Shown: positions 50,231-61,423 of the stretch, in pieces | Position numbering within the stretch: position 1 is the first letter of the stretch | How the letters are laid out: every line of letters starts with the position of its first letter | Assembly (NCBI GenBank): GCA_052426225.1 | Contig: JBNJNM010000006.1 | Coordinates: forward strand, 1,674,001 to 1,738,000 | DNA length: 64,000 bases | Reading direction: 5' to 3' | Source: Zancudomyces culisetae HAW-14-8 | Lineage: Eukaryota; Fungi; Kickxellomycota | Program-made: the position numbers and the translations under genes | Notes under the pieces: generated by a model | Database searches by the model: none | The model's input: the letters and a program-made list of their open reading frames with translations, nothing else | Told to the model about the DNA's origin: nothing

Positions 50231-52807
50231 GCTATTATTCATATATATATATTCAACATAGATTGAATTCAAATATATTAGTAATATGTTAAAAGTTTAT
50301 TTACTACAAATCATTTACAGTATTATTTGGATATAATTAATATACAATTGTTATAGTTAAAATTATATCTATCATACTTGAAGGTGATAAAATAAATATA
50401 ATTTAAATAGATTTATTTGTTTGTTTTGTAGTAATAGTTTATAGTTGCATTTATAGTTTGATTGTAAAATGAATTTTTACTTTTTTTGAAATTAAGCTAG
50501 ACGTGTATTTGACTTGTATAATTAATATTGATTACGTATCATAATGTTGAAAATTATGTAAAGAAATATAATAGACTAAAAAATAATTTCTAACTATAAA
50601 TGTAAAATTATTAAAATTTAGATAAATATAGTATCCGAAAAGCATAATTTAATCTACACCACTGTACGTGTGTACCTCGTATGCTCCATTTTGCACGCTC
50701 AGGCACTAATTACGCATATTTGAGCGGGCATTGGGTATTTAGGTGAGAAACTAGCATAATTTCTAATACGAACAATAATTAGTTGTTAATATTCTGTGAC
50801 TCATATGATATTTCGAATGTTTTTGAATTTAAACTTTATTTATGATTATATTAGTCAATATCTAACATATTTTTATATGTATACTGTTATATATATACAT
50901 ACTTATTATACACTTTAATTTATTAATAAATAAATTTATATAATAAATCATTATTATGATTAGGTATCAATTAAACAGTCAGTACTAAATTTAATTTTCT
51001 AATCCATTACCTATTTAAAAACATTACACATATGAGTTAAATATTACGCAATTTCTGGGGACAATTATTACTTAATATGTCACCCCATACAATCCAAAAC
51101 CTTCTAGAACAATCAAATTAAATATTGATTAGTACACTGGGTTAATAGTGTCGTAGCCGACAGTAGTAATTCTCGATAATAAATATTAACGTAAATTGGA
51201 TAACTTACAAAGAGTCAGAGATAAGGAAATAGGAAGATTAAAAGGCTAAAAAAGGAGTAAGGAAATAAGGGAGTGCGTTTTTGATAGATAGTTAATAGGG
51301 TTAGTTAAGTTAGGTATATCTAAATAAAGTTACAATATAAATCGCAACACGACAATAGTTTAGGTTAGTTTTATTTATTAAAGTTATTTTAAAGGTAAAA
51401 ACCTAATATTTTTCTAAACTTTAACATAATCTGAAACAATTGTATAAATTAACGATAAGTACTCCAAAAAATTAATCATTAAAAGTAAATATTTTTTCCA
51501 ATAATCATACAAAGGAGTTTTTTACACTAACAAATATTTAGTTATACTGTATATTTATTTTTTATAATTTGTTTAATTTGAAAAAACGTCATATGTTAAA
51601 TATGAGTAAACATACATGCTCGGTTTTTACAACTCGTTGCTTATGTCATTATTTAACATGTCATAACTGCTATTTTTATTTTCACTTAAAAATAGTAAAT
51701 GTTAAATTTTTTAACATTCTCTCCGCTAATTAAATTCGTTCTCAAATGTAATTATTTGAAATAATTTATTAAACATTTTAATCGTTATGGTGAATGTTTC
51801 GATAACTGCAATTCATAAATATATTGCAGTTAAAATATTTACGATGTTTTAGTTTGAACATTCTCTAGATTCATTTTGATTAAGTTTTATTTTACGTTTT
51901 ATAATTCTGTTTAGATAAATTATATAAATAAAAAGATTTTATTGCAAAGGAGAACTTTAGCAATAAAATACTTTCATTCCATAGTATTTTATTTAATAAA
52001 TCAAGTATCAAGTTATAATTATAGTACTTAGTGTCAGGTCATGACAGCCTAGTTGATTTATCCTATACATTCGCCCAAAGTTCAAATTATAATAAACTGA
52101 TACATATTATTGTTATTCATCTATTAAAAAAACATTTAAATTATATGTGTAAATGCTATGTAAAGTTGCAAGCGATATAATTCTCAAAATTGTAAATAAT
52201 AGGTAAATCTTGACGTGATATTGATTTAAGGATATGTTTTAGTATGTTTCACATTATGAACTTTGCTATACAATTCTGCAGATATCATATAAGTGTTAAT
52301 TATTCACAATATTTTAATGAATATGCTTAAATTTCGCAGTTTGCAATATTATTGTTTCTCAGCCTCAATATTAATGGTAGCCATAAATTTATTATAAATT
52401 AATAAATATAACTGATAACTGCGAAGTCCGTTATTAGTTCTTGTCAGGACCTGACAACTAAGTATTATTTTATTTTATTTTATTTTATTTAGTTATTTAA
52501 AGTAGTATATATCTTGTAAAGATATTTTATTGCTGAAGCTTCTCTTTCAATAAAAACTATGGCTATATATACTTTTCCAAAACTACTAAAAAACTATGAA
52601 AAACATTGTTATAACTATAAGAAAATTCTAGAATGTTAGGATTCTAGAATGATTAGTAATCAATTGATTAGTAATGTAAAACGTGTAATTGCGCAGCAAA
52701 ATGTCGTAATTTTAACACGTTACTAAATTACCTAATCTACTGCGCAATCAACAAAATTAAATTTCCCAAAATGATTTTTGAGAAAATTGCGCAGCAATTT
52801 AGTAATT
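50231..52807 (+). repeat. Left arm of a large inverted repeat (at least 2577 bp)
   Basis: Reverse complement of 61424-64000; only one mismatch noticed. Confidence 0.95.
51149..51354. mobile_element. Solo LTR (206 bp), mirrored at 62877-63082
   Basis: TGTCGT...ACGACA termini with TSD ATAG. Confidence 0.75.
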
Positions 52808-52989
52808 TGTCAGGAAACTAATTTATTTAAGTTGGGAAACTTAATGTTCCCAATTAGGATTCTAAGGTAATTAAATATGATTAAAAATAAATATTAAAAC
52901 TTTTGGGTAAATAATGCGATTCTGACACAGTTTTTCGGACCCAAGTGTTAGATACCAATATTATACACAATAATGATGGTATTAACTAA

Positions 52990-53945
52990 TTAACACACAG
53001 TTAAATTATAAAAGTATTATTAATTATACTAGTTTAAAACACACTGAAAAAATATAATATTAGTTAATAACATCTTTATTATTGTTAAACGAAATTGACA
53101 AATTTAATTGTTCATGAAAGGGATTAGTATTACATTTTATACAATTAAGTTTGTACTAAAACTTTATTATAAACTAAAACTAATAATATAACTAATATTA
53201 ATAAACAAATAAACTAATATAATTAATATACACAATATTAATGATGGTACATTATTATTGATCATGTGTATCAATATTAATGTTATAAACTAAAATTAAT
53301 GTTAATTTATAATATAAACTTATAATTAAATAATATTAATGATACACATTATTATCATTAATATTAATAAATATTATTGTATTTAATCTACAATACTGTT
53401 ATGATACATGTTTATTCATAACAATTAGACATGATTAAATGTTGATAAAATAAACTTTTTTTAAGACTAGTCTAGATCGATAGAGAATATAATGTTTCTA
53501 TGAATAGAGATATTTTTGATTTTTTTGATTATTTGATAGTCCGATTAATATTACTAAACTTATTAAATCTTCAATTATTATCTGATAATGTTATAAGACA
53601 TAATATTAATGGTACTAACAAACTATCACACAGTTAGTTTTCTAAAGCTATTAACAAATGTTTAATTTAACACACAGTATTATAATTTAAAACTAAAAAA
53701 ACTTTCAATTAATTAACGAGATTGTTGAACTTAGATGTCATCAAAGGGAATTGTATACCCTTTTATACAACTAAGTTTGTAATAAAACTTAATATATAAC
53801 TAAAACTAATATTATCATAAATATTTATAAATATTAAACTTATTTAATTAATATACGTAATATTAATGATGTTATATTAAATAAATAACATGTTTATCAA
53901 TATTAATGTTTCAAAACGACAATTAAATAATAATTCTTTAATGAT
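52990..53945 (+). repeat. Diverged direct repeat (~52990-53330 vs ~53665-53945)
   Basis: Shared blocks AAAGGGA.T.GTAT, TTTTATACAA.TAAGTTTGTA.TAAAACTT and TATCAATATTAATGTT. Confidence 0.65.
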
Positions 53946-53958
53946 AATAGTTATAATG

Positions 53959-54703
53959 TGTCGTGTGTATTCCGATGTCGATCGGAATTCACATTTTCTA
54001 ACAATTATTTAATTTACTACATAAACAATCAACTAACATTCTATTAAAAATTGATCACTGAAAATACTATGATAATTATTTTTTTGAAAATATATATAAT
54101 AACACAAAAAAAATTATAAAACGAAAAATACAATTAAAAAGATTATAGGAAATCGACATTCAAATATAGGAACAATATGAAAACGAAAACGAAGTAACAA
54201 CGATAACACACGATACAACTCGGTATATACCGTAGAAACATAGGTTATTTGAATTAGCTTTTATTAGGTTAAATAAAATAGTATATATATAAGCGAAGGA
54301 AGACTCGATGAGGATTCCTCAGCTCTTTTGATAGTTTTAATAAGAAAAAGGAAAGTAAGATAAATAAATATCAATTCAGAATTAAAATCCAGGTTTAGGA
54401 TAATTAAGAAGTTTATTAGGAATAGTGCTACGGCTAGTTAATGAATATTAAGTTTTGACATATTAGAAACTATTAAAATCTCACATAAAGAATGTCAGGC
54501 TTCATGAGTAAATTTAGACCCAGATGGATCCAGTCAGAAAAAGATGAGGGCAGATACTCATCTGATAGTGACCGTTCGGGAGCCACTTCTATGGAAGTGG
54601 ATCCCAAAGAATCACGTGACCCATTTGCTGATATTATGGATCATGTTTTTTTACAATTGAAAAACCCGACAAAGGATGAGGCTGCACCCAACCTCACCCG
54701 ACA
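53959..54703 (+). mobile_element. Probable solo LTR (~745 bp) carrying the ORF that starts at 54492
   Basis: TGTCG...CGACA termini, TATA at ~54283; no clean TSD. Confidence 0.5.
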
Positions 54704-54743
54704 ATACAAACAATTGAATAATAAGACGAATTTAAGAATGTAA
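54492..54743 (+). CDS. Small S/D-rich ORF, probably an LTR-encoded Gag N-terminus
   Basis: GC-richer ORF in AT-rich DNA that crosses the putative LTR end at 54703; contains an SMEVD motif. Confidence 0.4.
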   Translation: MSGFMSKFRPRWIQSEKDEGRYSSDSDRSGATSMEVDPKESRDPFADIMDHVFLQLKNPTKDEAAPNLTRQYKQLNNKTNLRM

Positions 54744-54824
54744 CCACAAGCAAGAACACAGATATTAAGACTTTAACATAGGTTAATCTAATTAGCTTTA
54801 AGTAGTTTTATTGAAATATATATA

Positions 54825-56172
54825 CAGTGACTCAAAAAATTATTCAAATGTTTTTGATGTTTATTCAAAATTAGTATATCTCACGAATATTATATCGTAT
54901 CACTATAAAAATTACAATTATTATACATTAATATACCATGTATTACCTATCAAAATTTTAGAATACTTGAACCAACCAATCAACTGTAGTTATACTATTT
55001 GTAATAATATTTTATTTGAACAATTATTTGGTTTTATATTAAATAAATCAATTTTATGATATCTTTTTCATAATGATAGATATCATTTATAAAAATTATT
55101 GTTACTAGATATAACTTACAATTATCTACACAATACATTATATTATTAAAATTTAAATTTTTGATCAATTTAAATACGATGAAAAAACTCAATAATGAGA
55201 AAGTTTGGAGTGTTATAAATCTGCTGGATAAAGGATACTCATATAGCCTAATTGCAACTAAACTATCTGTTAGTAAAGGGACAATATATAACATAAAAAA
55301 AAATTATCGTCCATCAATAAAAAATTTATCACCTGGCAGCCCAAATAAATTGACAAAAGCTAATGAGCGATTAATAATTCGGAAAATTACGTCTGGACAA
55401 TTGTTTTAGCTTGATTTATTTTATTAATAATAACTTGATTTAACAAAAATATTAACTTTATTAAACTAAAGAGAATATTTTTCACTGACGATTTCCACAA
55501 CGAATTTCGTTGGGTTTATATACTTTTTCGTCAGCAAAAATTTCATGAAAAAAACCAAGGTCGCAAGACCTTGTTTATCGAAGAAAAAATATTTTCTTAC
55601 TTTGATAAACATTCAAGGAGTTTGACCCTTGATAGTTTCATGATTTTCAATGTTGGGGTTTAGTTCAACATTGTGTTGTTTTGGTTTAATTAAAATAAAA
55701 ACAGTTACTAAAAATCGAATCGGTAATAAATTAATTACATGATTACCTAAATCAATTTATGTAACTTTTCTAAAATGGAAATTCAACTTACTAATTTAAT
55801 TTAACTAAAATAGAAATAAAATTAACTAAGCAAAATTTATAGAACTACGTTCTATTCATAACAACAATTTGATACAGCGACAGACGCTACAAAATTTCTC
55901 AAAGATAATGGCCTCGTATCTGGGGTTCCTCAAAAAGTGCGGAATATCTTGAAAAAATATGGTTTAAGTGCAAAACCTAAGGTCAAAAAACCTATGCTAA
56001 TATTAGGCCATATTAAACAACGACTTGCATTTGCTAAAAAATATCAGCATTGGACTGTAGAAGACTGGAAACGTGTGATATGGTCTGACGAGACTAAAAT
56101 TAACAGATTTGGGTCGATGGGCGCATGTAGTGCTGGAAAAAACAAGGGAGCCAGTTAAAACCGAACCATGTT
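54825..56172 (+). mobile_element. Tc1/mariner DNA transposon, left part (TIR plus disrupted transposase 55179-56172)
   Basis: TA|CAGTG terminus; HTH region, KKPML, RLAFAKKYQHWTVEDWKRVIWSDETKIN. Confidence 0.88.
55402..55863. mobile_element. Solo LTR (462 bp) inserted in the Tc1 transposase
   Basis: TGTT...AACA termini with 5-bp TSD ACAAT; removing it restores the frame (ITSGQ|FDTAT). Confidence 0.88.
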
Positions 56173-56258
56173 TGTCATGATTTATCATGCCATTTGAAAT
56201 TAAATACACGTGTTGTATTAATTACTATATTGCTACTTCAACTACCTATTATTTTATC

Positions 56259-57152
56259 ATGAATGATGAACAGTTAAACCAGTTAACTGCCGAACTCCAA
56301 GCTCTCAGAGAAGAGAATACCAGGTTACAAGCGTTGCAAACCGCAACCCAAGATCAGCCAGTACCTACCGCCTTGCCACTCCAAGCCCCAGCCCAAGCTC
56401 CCGCTCAGTTTCCAGCCCATGTCCCATCAGCCAGAATTGCCTTGCCAGAGAGGTACGATGGAGACCGAAGTCAGTTCAGAGGCTTCACGAATCAATGCCG
56501 TCTTCTATTCTTTACTCATCCTGACCACTACCCGTCCCAAACCAATAAGGTAGGGTTGATCATGTCTCTTCTTACTGGAAACGCACTGAGATGGGCAAGC
56601 CCTTATATTGAGAAGGGTAGCCCAGTGCTCCAAGATTATGAACTCTTTATGAAGGAGTTCTCAAAGGTGTTCGATGACCTACAACGAACACAGACCGCAA
56701 ACGACGCCATCCGTGCGCTCCGCCAAGGTTCTATAACAGTATCAATGTACTCTTCTGAGTTCAGAAGACTCATGATGGACCTAGACTGGAACGAGTCCGC
56801 TCTCGTATCCCAGTTCGCAGAAGGTCTCAACGAAAACATTTTGGATACCCTTGCCTTGTTCCAGACACCTTCAGACCTAGAAGGGTATATCAATGCAGCC
56901 ATCACAGTTGACACCAGATTCACCAGACGGAAGGAAGAAAAAGCCAGGAGACGCATTGGAATCCAACCATCAATATCAACCACCACGCAAACCACAGAAC
57001 CCATGCAAGTAGACAGTGTTCATCGCACTGTATCCCAGCCTGAACGTGACCGTAGAATGAAACTTGGACTTTGCTTCTACTGTGGTGGTGAAAAGCACCA
57101 AGCCCAAAATTGCCCAGAAAAATCCAAGAAGCCCAAGCCGGGAAACCAATAG
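56259..57152 (+). CDS. Element-3 Gag
   Basis: PERYDGDR, LTGNALRWA, ALRQG, EPMQVD, CFYCGGEKHQAQNC. Confidence 0.9.
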   Translation: MNDEQLNQLTAELQALREENTRLQALQTATQDQPVPTALPLQAPAQAPAQFPAHVPSARIALPERYDGDRSQFRGFTNQCRLLFFTHPDHYPSQTNKVGLIMSLLTGNALRWASPYIEKGSPVLQDYELFMKEFSKVFDDLQRTQTANDAIRALRQGSITVSMYSSEFRRLMMDLDWNESALVSQFAEGLNENILDTLALFQTPSDLEGYINAAITVDTRFTRRKEEKARRRIGIQPSISTTTQTTEPMQVDSVHRTVSQPERDRRMKLGLCFYCGGEKHQAQNCPEKSKKPKPGNQ

Positions 57153-57186
57153 GTTCAGGTTCAGAACGGAAGCAAACCCTGAACCT
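57140..57186 (+). promoter_or_regulatory. -1 programmed frameshift signal (G GGA AAC plus stem-loop)
   Basis: The slippery heptamer is in the gag frame just before the stop; 9-bp stem AGGTTCAGG/CCTGAACCT downstream; pol is in the -1 frame. Confidence 0.85.
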
Positions 57187-60100
57187 ACAAGATGCTTCCA
57201 CAGTTTCCATGAAGTCCGAACCCATGTCAATGACAGTTCCAAAACAAAGTCCTAACCCCGTCCTTAACCATCCACACCGTTTCATGATTCCTGTCACAGT
57301 CCACATGCCAAGTAAGCTCAGTTTTAAGATTATGGCCATGATCGATTCAGGTGCTTCAGGAATGTTTATCAACAAGAAAATTGTAGACTCAAAGCATATT
57401 CATACCCAAGCCAAGAAAGACCCAGTCTCAGTTGAGTTTATAGATGGTAGTCCATTGACCGAAGGCCATATTACCCATCACACCAAGACACTCAAGATTC
57501 AGATTCAAAGTAGCCATTGTGAACTAGCTGTATTCGATGTTATGAATTGTTATCATGCTGATATGATTTTGGGTCTCCCGTGGCTAGAACTTCATGACCC
57601 TGCTATTAATTGGAAAACCCGTTCCATATTGTTTGACAAAGACTACTGTAACAAGAATTGTATTAAACTTCTAAAGAATACTTTCAAAAAAAGATGTACT
57701 AAACAACGTAAGCGACAGTTCAATTATGAGACCGGACCTATAGTCGGAACACCACCAGGGCTACAATCATATCAACCAATGGGTTTACCTATAGTAAACA
57801 GTAGTCAAAGAAACCACGGCAAACCACAAGTCCAAGAAGACCACAGCCAAGAAACTCATAGCCATGCAGTTAAAACCCATAGCCAAGAAAACCACAGCCA
57901 AACCAAAGTCCAAGATAACCACAGCCAAGAAAACCACAGCCAAGAAAACCACAGCCAAGAAAACCACAGCCAAGAAAACCACAGTCAAGAAACCAAAGTC
58001 CAAGAAACCAAAGTCCAAGATTTCCACAGCCAAGGTACCCAAACCCAAAGCCAAGATACCCAATTCCATGATGAACAGGAGCCTCACCAAGTAGACATCC
58101 TCAATGATTCCCACTTTGACCCTACTGATACTTTTGAGTTAGAATCTATCTTAGATGCTAACTACTTTTTTGACTCCTCGTCCTGTTCAGAAATGAGTAT
58201 GGAATCGCAATCTTCCACATCCGATAGCTCCAGTGTTTCTGAATACCTAGACCTACCAATGGATGAGGCTCCACCCATTCCACCCATTCCACTCATGATT
58301 AGACCAATGACCCCACCACCTGCAGACCCAGTGGAACCAATCAGAAAACGCCCAAGTAACATCATACTGAACGAGCCGTACCCCACCAAGAAAAAGAAAC
58401 TTACAGTATCACACATGATTGGTCTCATCAGCCAAGCCAAGCCTAGTCTACCAACGACCGAAGAAGTTACCATTCCTGCCAAATACCATGATCTCAGTCA
58501 AGCCTTTGATAAACAAATGGCTGACACCTTACCACCTCACAGAGAATACGATTGCCCCATAGACCTGATTCCTGATGCTAAGCTACCGTATGGCCCAATC
58601 TACCCTCTGGCTCCCAAAGAAAGGAAAGTCTTCAAAGAGTATATCGATGAAAACCTAGCCAAGGGGTTTATTGTTAAATCCAAGTCTCCTGCTGCCGCAC
58701 CCGTCTTTTTCACGGGTAAATAAGATGGTTCACTAAGACTCGTCGTTGACTACAGAGAGCTCAACAAGGTCGTCATACGCAACCGGTATCCATTACCGTT
58801 TATGACTAAGCTGCTAGAAAGAGTACAGCAATCCAAGATCTTCACCAAACTCGATCTTCGTGATGCATACAACCTCGTGCGTATTCGTAAAGGTGACGAG
58901 GAAAAGACTGCTTTCCGCACACAGTATGGCCACTTTGAGTATAGAGTAATGCCATTTGGGCTTGCAAATGCCCCTGCAACGTTCCAGTCTTTTGTCAATG
59001 ATATCTTCAGAGACATACTTGATTTGTATGTTGTTATATACCTGGATGACATTCTCATATTTTCCGCAAGTCCTGAAGAGCATACCCTTCATGTCCGATC
59101 TGTACTTGAACGCCTAATAAAAAACAAACTCTATGCCAAACTAGAAAAATGTGAGTTTGACAAGGATAGAGTGGATTTTCTGGGATATGTCATCACGCCT
59201 GCCGGATTATCCATGGACCCCTCACGTATCGCCGCAATCAAAGACTGGGCCACACCACAATCTGTAAAGGACATTCAAGTATTCCTAGGCTTTGTCAACT
59301 TCTATCGCCGATTCATTGATAACCACTCCAAGATAGTACAACCAATTACTTCACTGTTAAAGAAAAATGCCCAGTTTATCTGGGGCCCCGCTCAACAGTC
59401 AGCATTTGAAGAGCTAAAAGCCAAATGTACCTCCTCACCAGTTCTTGCGCACCCGGACCCCAACAAACAGTTCATACTGGAGTGCGATGCTTCAAACTAT
59501 GCTCTCGGTGCTGTTCTGTCTCAGAAGCACGATGGTGTAACACATCCAGTAGCCTTCTATTCCAGAACTCTTAACCCTGCGGAACAGAACTATCACATCT
59601 ATGATAAGGAGCTGCTCGCAATTAAATGCGCTCTTGAACAATGGAGACATCACTTGGAAGGTGCCTCATATCCTGTCCTTGTAATCACAGACCACAAAAA
59701 CTTGGAATATTTCCGCTCAGCCAAAATACTTAACCAGAGACAAGCCAGGTGGGCACTTTTCCTAACCAGATTCGACATTGAATTGACTTACCGGCCAGGA
59801 ACTCAGAACGGAAAGGCCGATGCTCTATCCCGAAAAGATGAGCATAAGAGGGGGGTAGATAATCTTGATCCCCGTCCCATTTGGCAGCCTAAGATTATCG
59901 TTGGTTCAATAGATACTAGCCAGTCCAGCGATCTCATGTCAATGATACTATCCATGACCAAGACCAGTAACGAAGCCCAAGCCCTGATAACCAAGTTCAA
60001 GTTACCGTCCTCGAAACTCACAGTCACAGAAGGCCTAGTCAGATAGAAGGGCCTAGTCTATGTTCCAGAACCACTTAGACTCCAAATCCTTGAAATGTGC

Positions 60101-61375
60101 CATGATTCACTGCTTGCTGGCCATTTAGGTAGAAGCAAGACACACAGCCTTATATCTCGTAAGTATTGGTGGCCAGGAATTCGAACCACTATTCAGGAAT
60201 ACATCGACTCCTGTGAAACGTGTAACCGCATCAAACATGTTACAACCAAGCCATCTAGAATGCTCATGCCATTAAACACCCCCAATCGTCCTTGGGAAGC
60301 TGTTTCTATGGATTTCATAGTGGAGTTACCTCGTTCTGAAGGTAATACTGTAGTCTTGGTGGTAGTGGACCGCTTAACCAAGATGGCCCACTATATTCCG
60401 CTCAAGAGTACTCCATCTGCTACAGAAACAGCCACAAAGTTTATGGAGTACGTTTTCAAGCTACACGGTATGCCACAAAGTATTGTTTCTGACCGTGGAC
60501 CCCAGTTTGTTTCTAAGTTCTGGAGAGAACTAACCCGACTCCTAAAGATTGACTTGCACATGTCTACCGCATACCATCCACAGTCTGATGGTCAGACAGA
60601 ACGAGTCAACCAGATACTCGAGCAGTATCTGCGTTGTTTCGTCAATTATCAGCAAGACAATTGGGTCCAGCTTCTCCCCATGGCCGAGTTTGCATATATC
60701 AATGCGACTCATGCATCTACCAAAGCCAGTCCCTTCTACGCTAACTATGGTTATGACCCTCAACTAACCATTGACCTAACCTCTAAATCCAAAGTACCTA
60801 GTGCGCTAGAATTCGCTACTCATCTGAAAAACATTCAAGACCAACTCAAGTTACATCTAGAAACTGCCAAAAGTAACTATAAACGTTTTGCTGACAAAAA
60901 ACGACCAGATACCCAAGACTTCAAGCCAGGCTCCAAAGTATGGCTTTCTCAAGCCAATATCAAGACTATGCGACCATCGCACAAGTTAGACTTCAAATAC
61001 ATTGGTCCATTTGAAATTATTGAGATGGTCAATCCTGTAACTGCTAATGTCAAGCTACCTGACAATATGAAAATTCATCCCGTCTTCCACGTGTTCCTGC
61101 TTAAACCACATAAACAGACATCATGTTCTAACCGTACCCAACCACCCCCACCTCCTATCATAGTAGACAATCAAGAAGAATACGAAGTATCTTCTATCCT
61201 GGACTCCAAGTTTGTTAAAAGAAAGTTAAAGTATCTGATTGATTGGAAAGGATACAGTCCTGAAGATCGGACATGGGAATATGCTGAAGACGTTCATGCA
61301 CCTGACCTCGTTGCCAAGTTCCATGCCAGATATCCAGAAAAGCCAGGACCGCGTGCCAGCATTAGAGAGGGATGA
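57146..61375 (+). pseudogene. Element-3 pol with two in-frame stops (58721 TAA, 60044 TAG)
   Basis: One continuous frame: IDSGA, YLDD, CDAS, HHCC/DDE, GPF and chromodomain EEYEV...YLIDWKGY..EDRTWE. Confidence 0.9.
57820..58065 (+). repeat. 15-bp coding minisatellite (CAAGAAAACCACAGC; QENHS repeats)
   Basis: Tandem QENHS/QETKV units between protease and RT. Confidence 0.85.
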
Positions 61376-61423
61376 TGTCATGATTTATCATGTCATTTGA
61401 AATTAAATACACGTGTTGTATTT

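Noticed and set aside
50655-50760. GC-richer island as an ncRNA
   Set aside because: No recognisable tRNA, snRNA or 5S features.
52808-52927. 120-bp TGTCAG...CTGACA mini element at the inner edge of the inverted repeat
   Set aside because: No TSD and no second copy in the window.
57864-58094. Histone H1-like ORF (AKKTT repeats)
   Set aside because: It is an alternative frame of the QENHS minisatellite inside pol.
58721-60046. Programmed read-through at the element-3 pol stops
   Set aside because: The stops replace ordinary residues within the RT and the RH-IN linker and are best explained as nonsense mutations.
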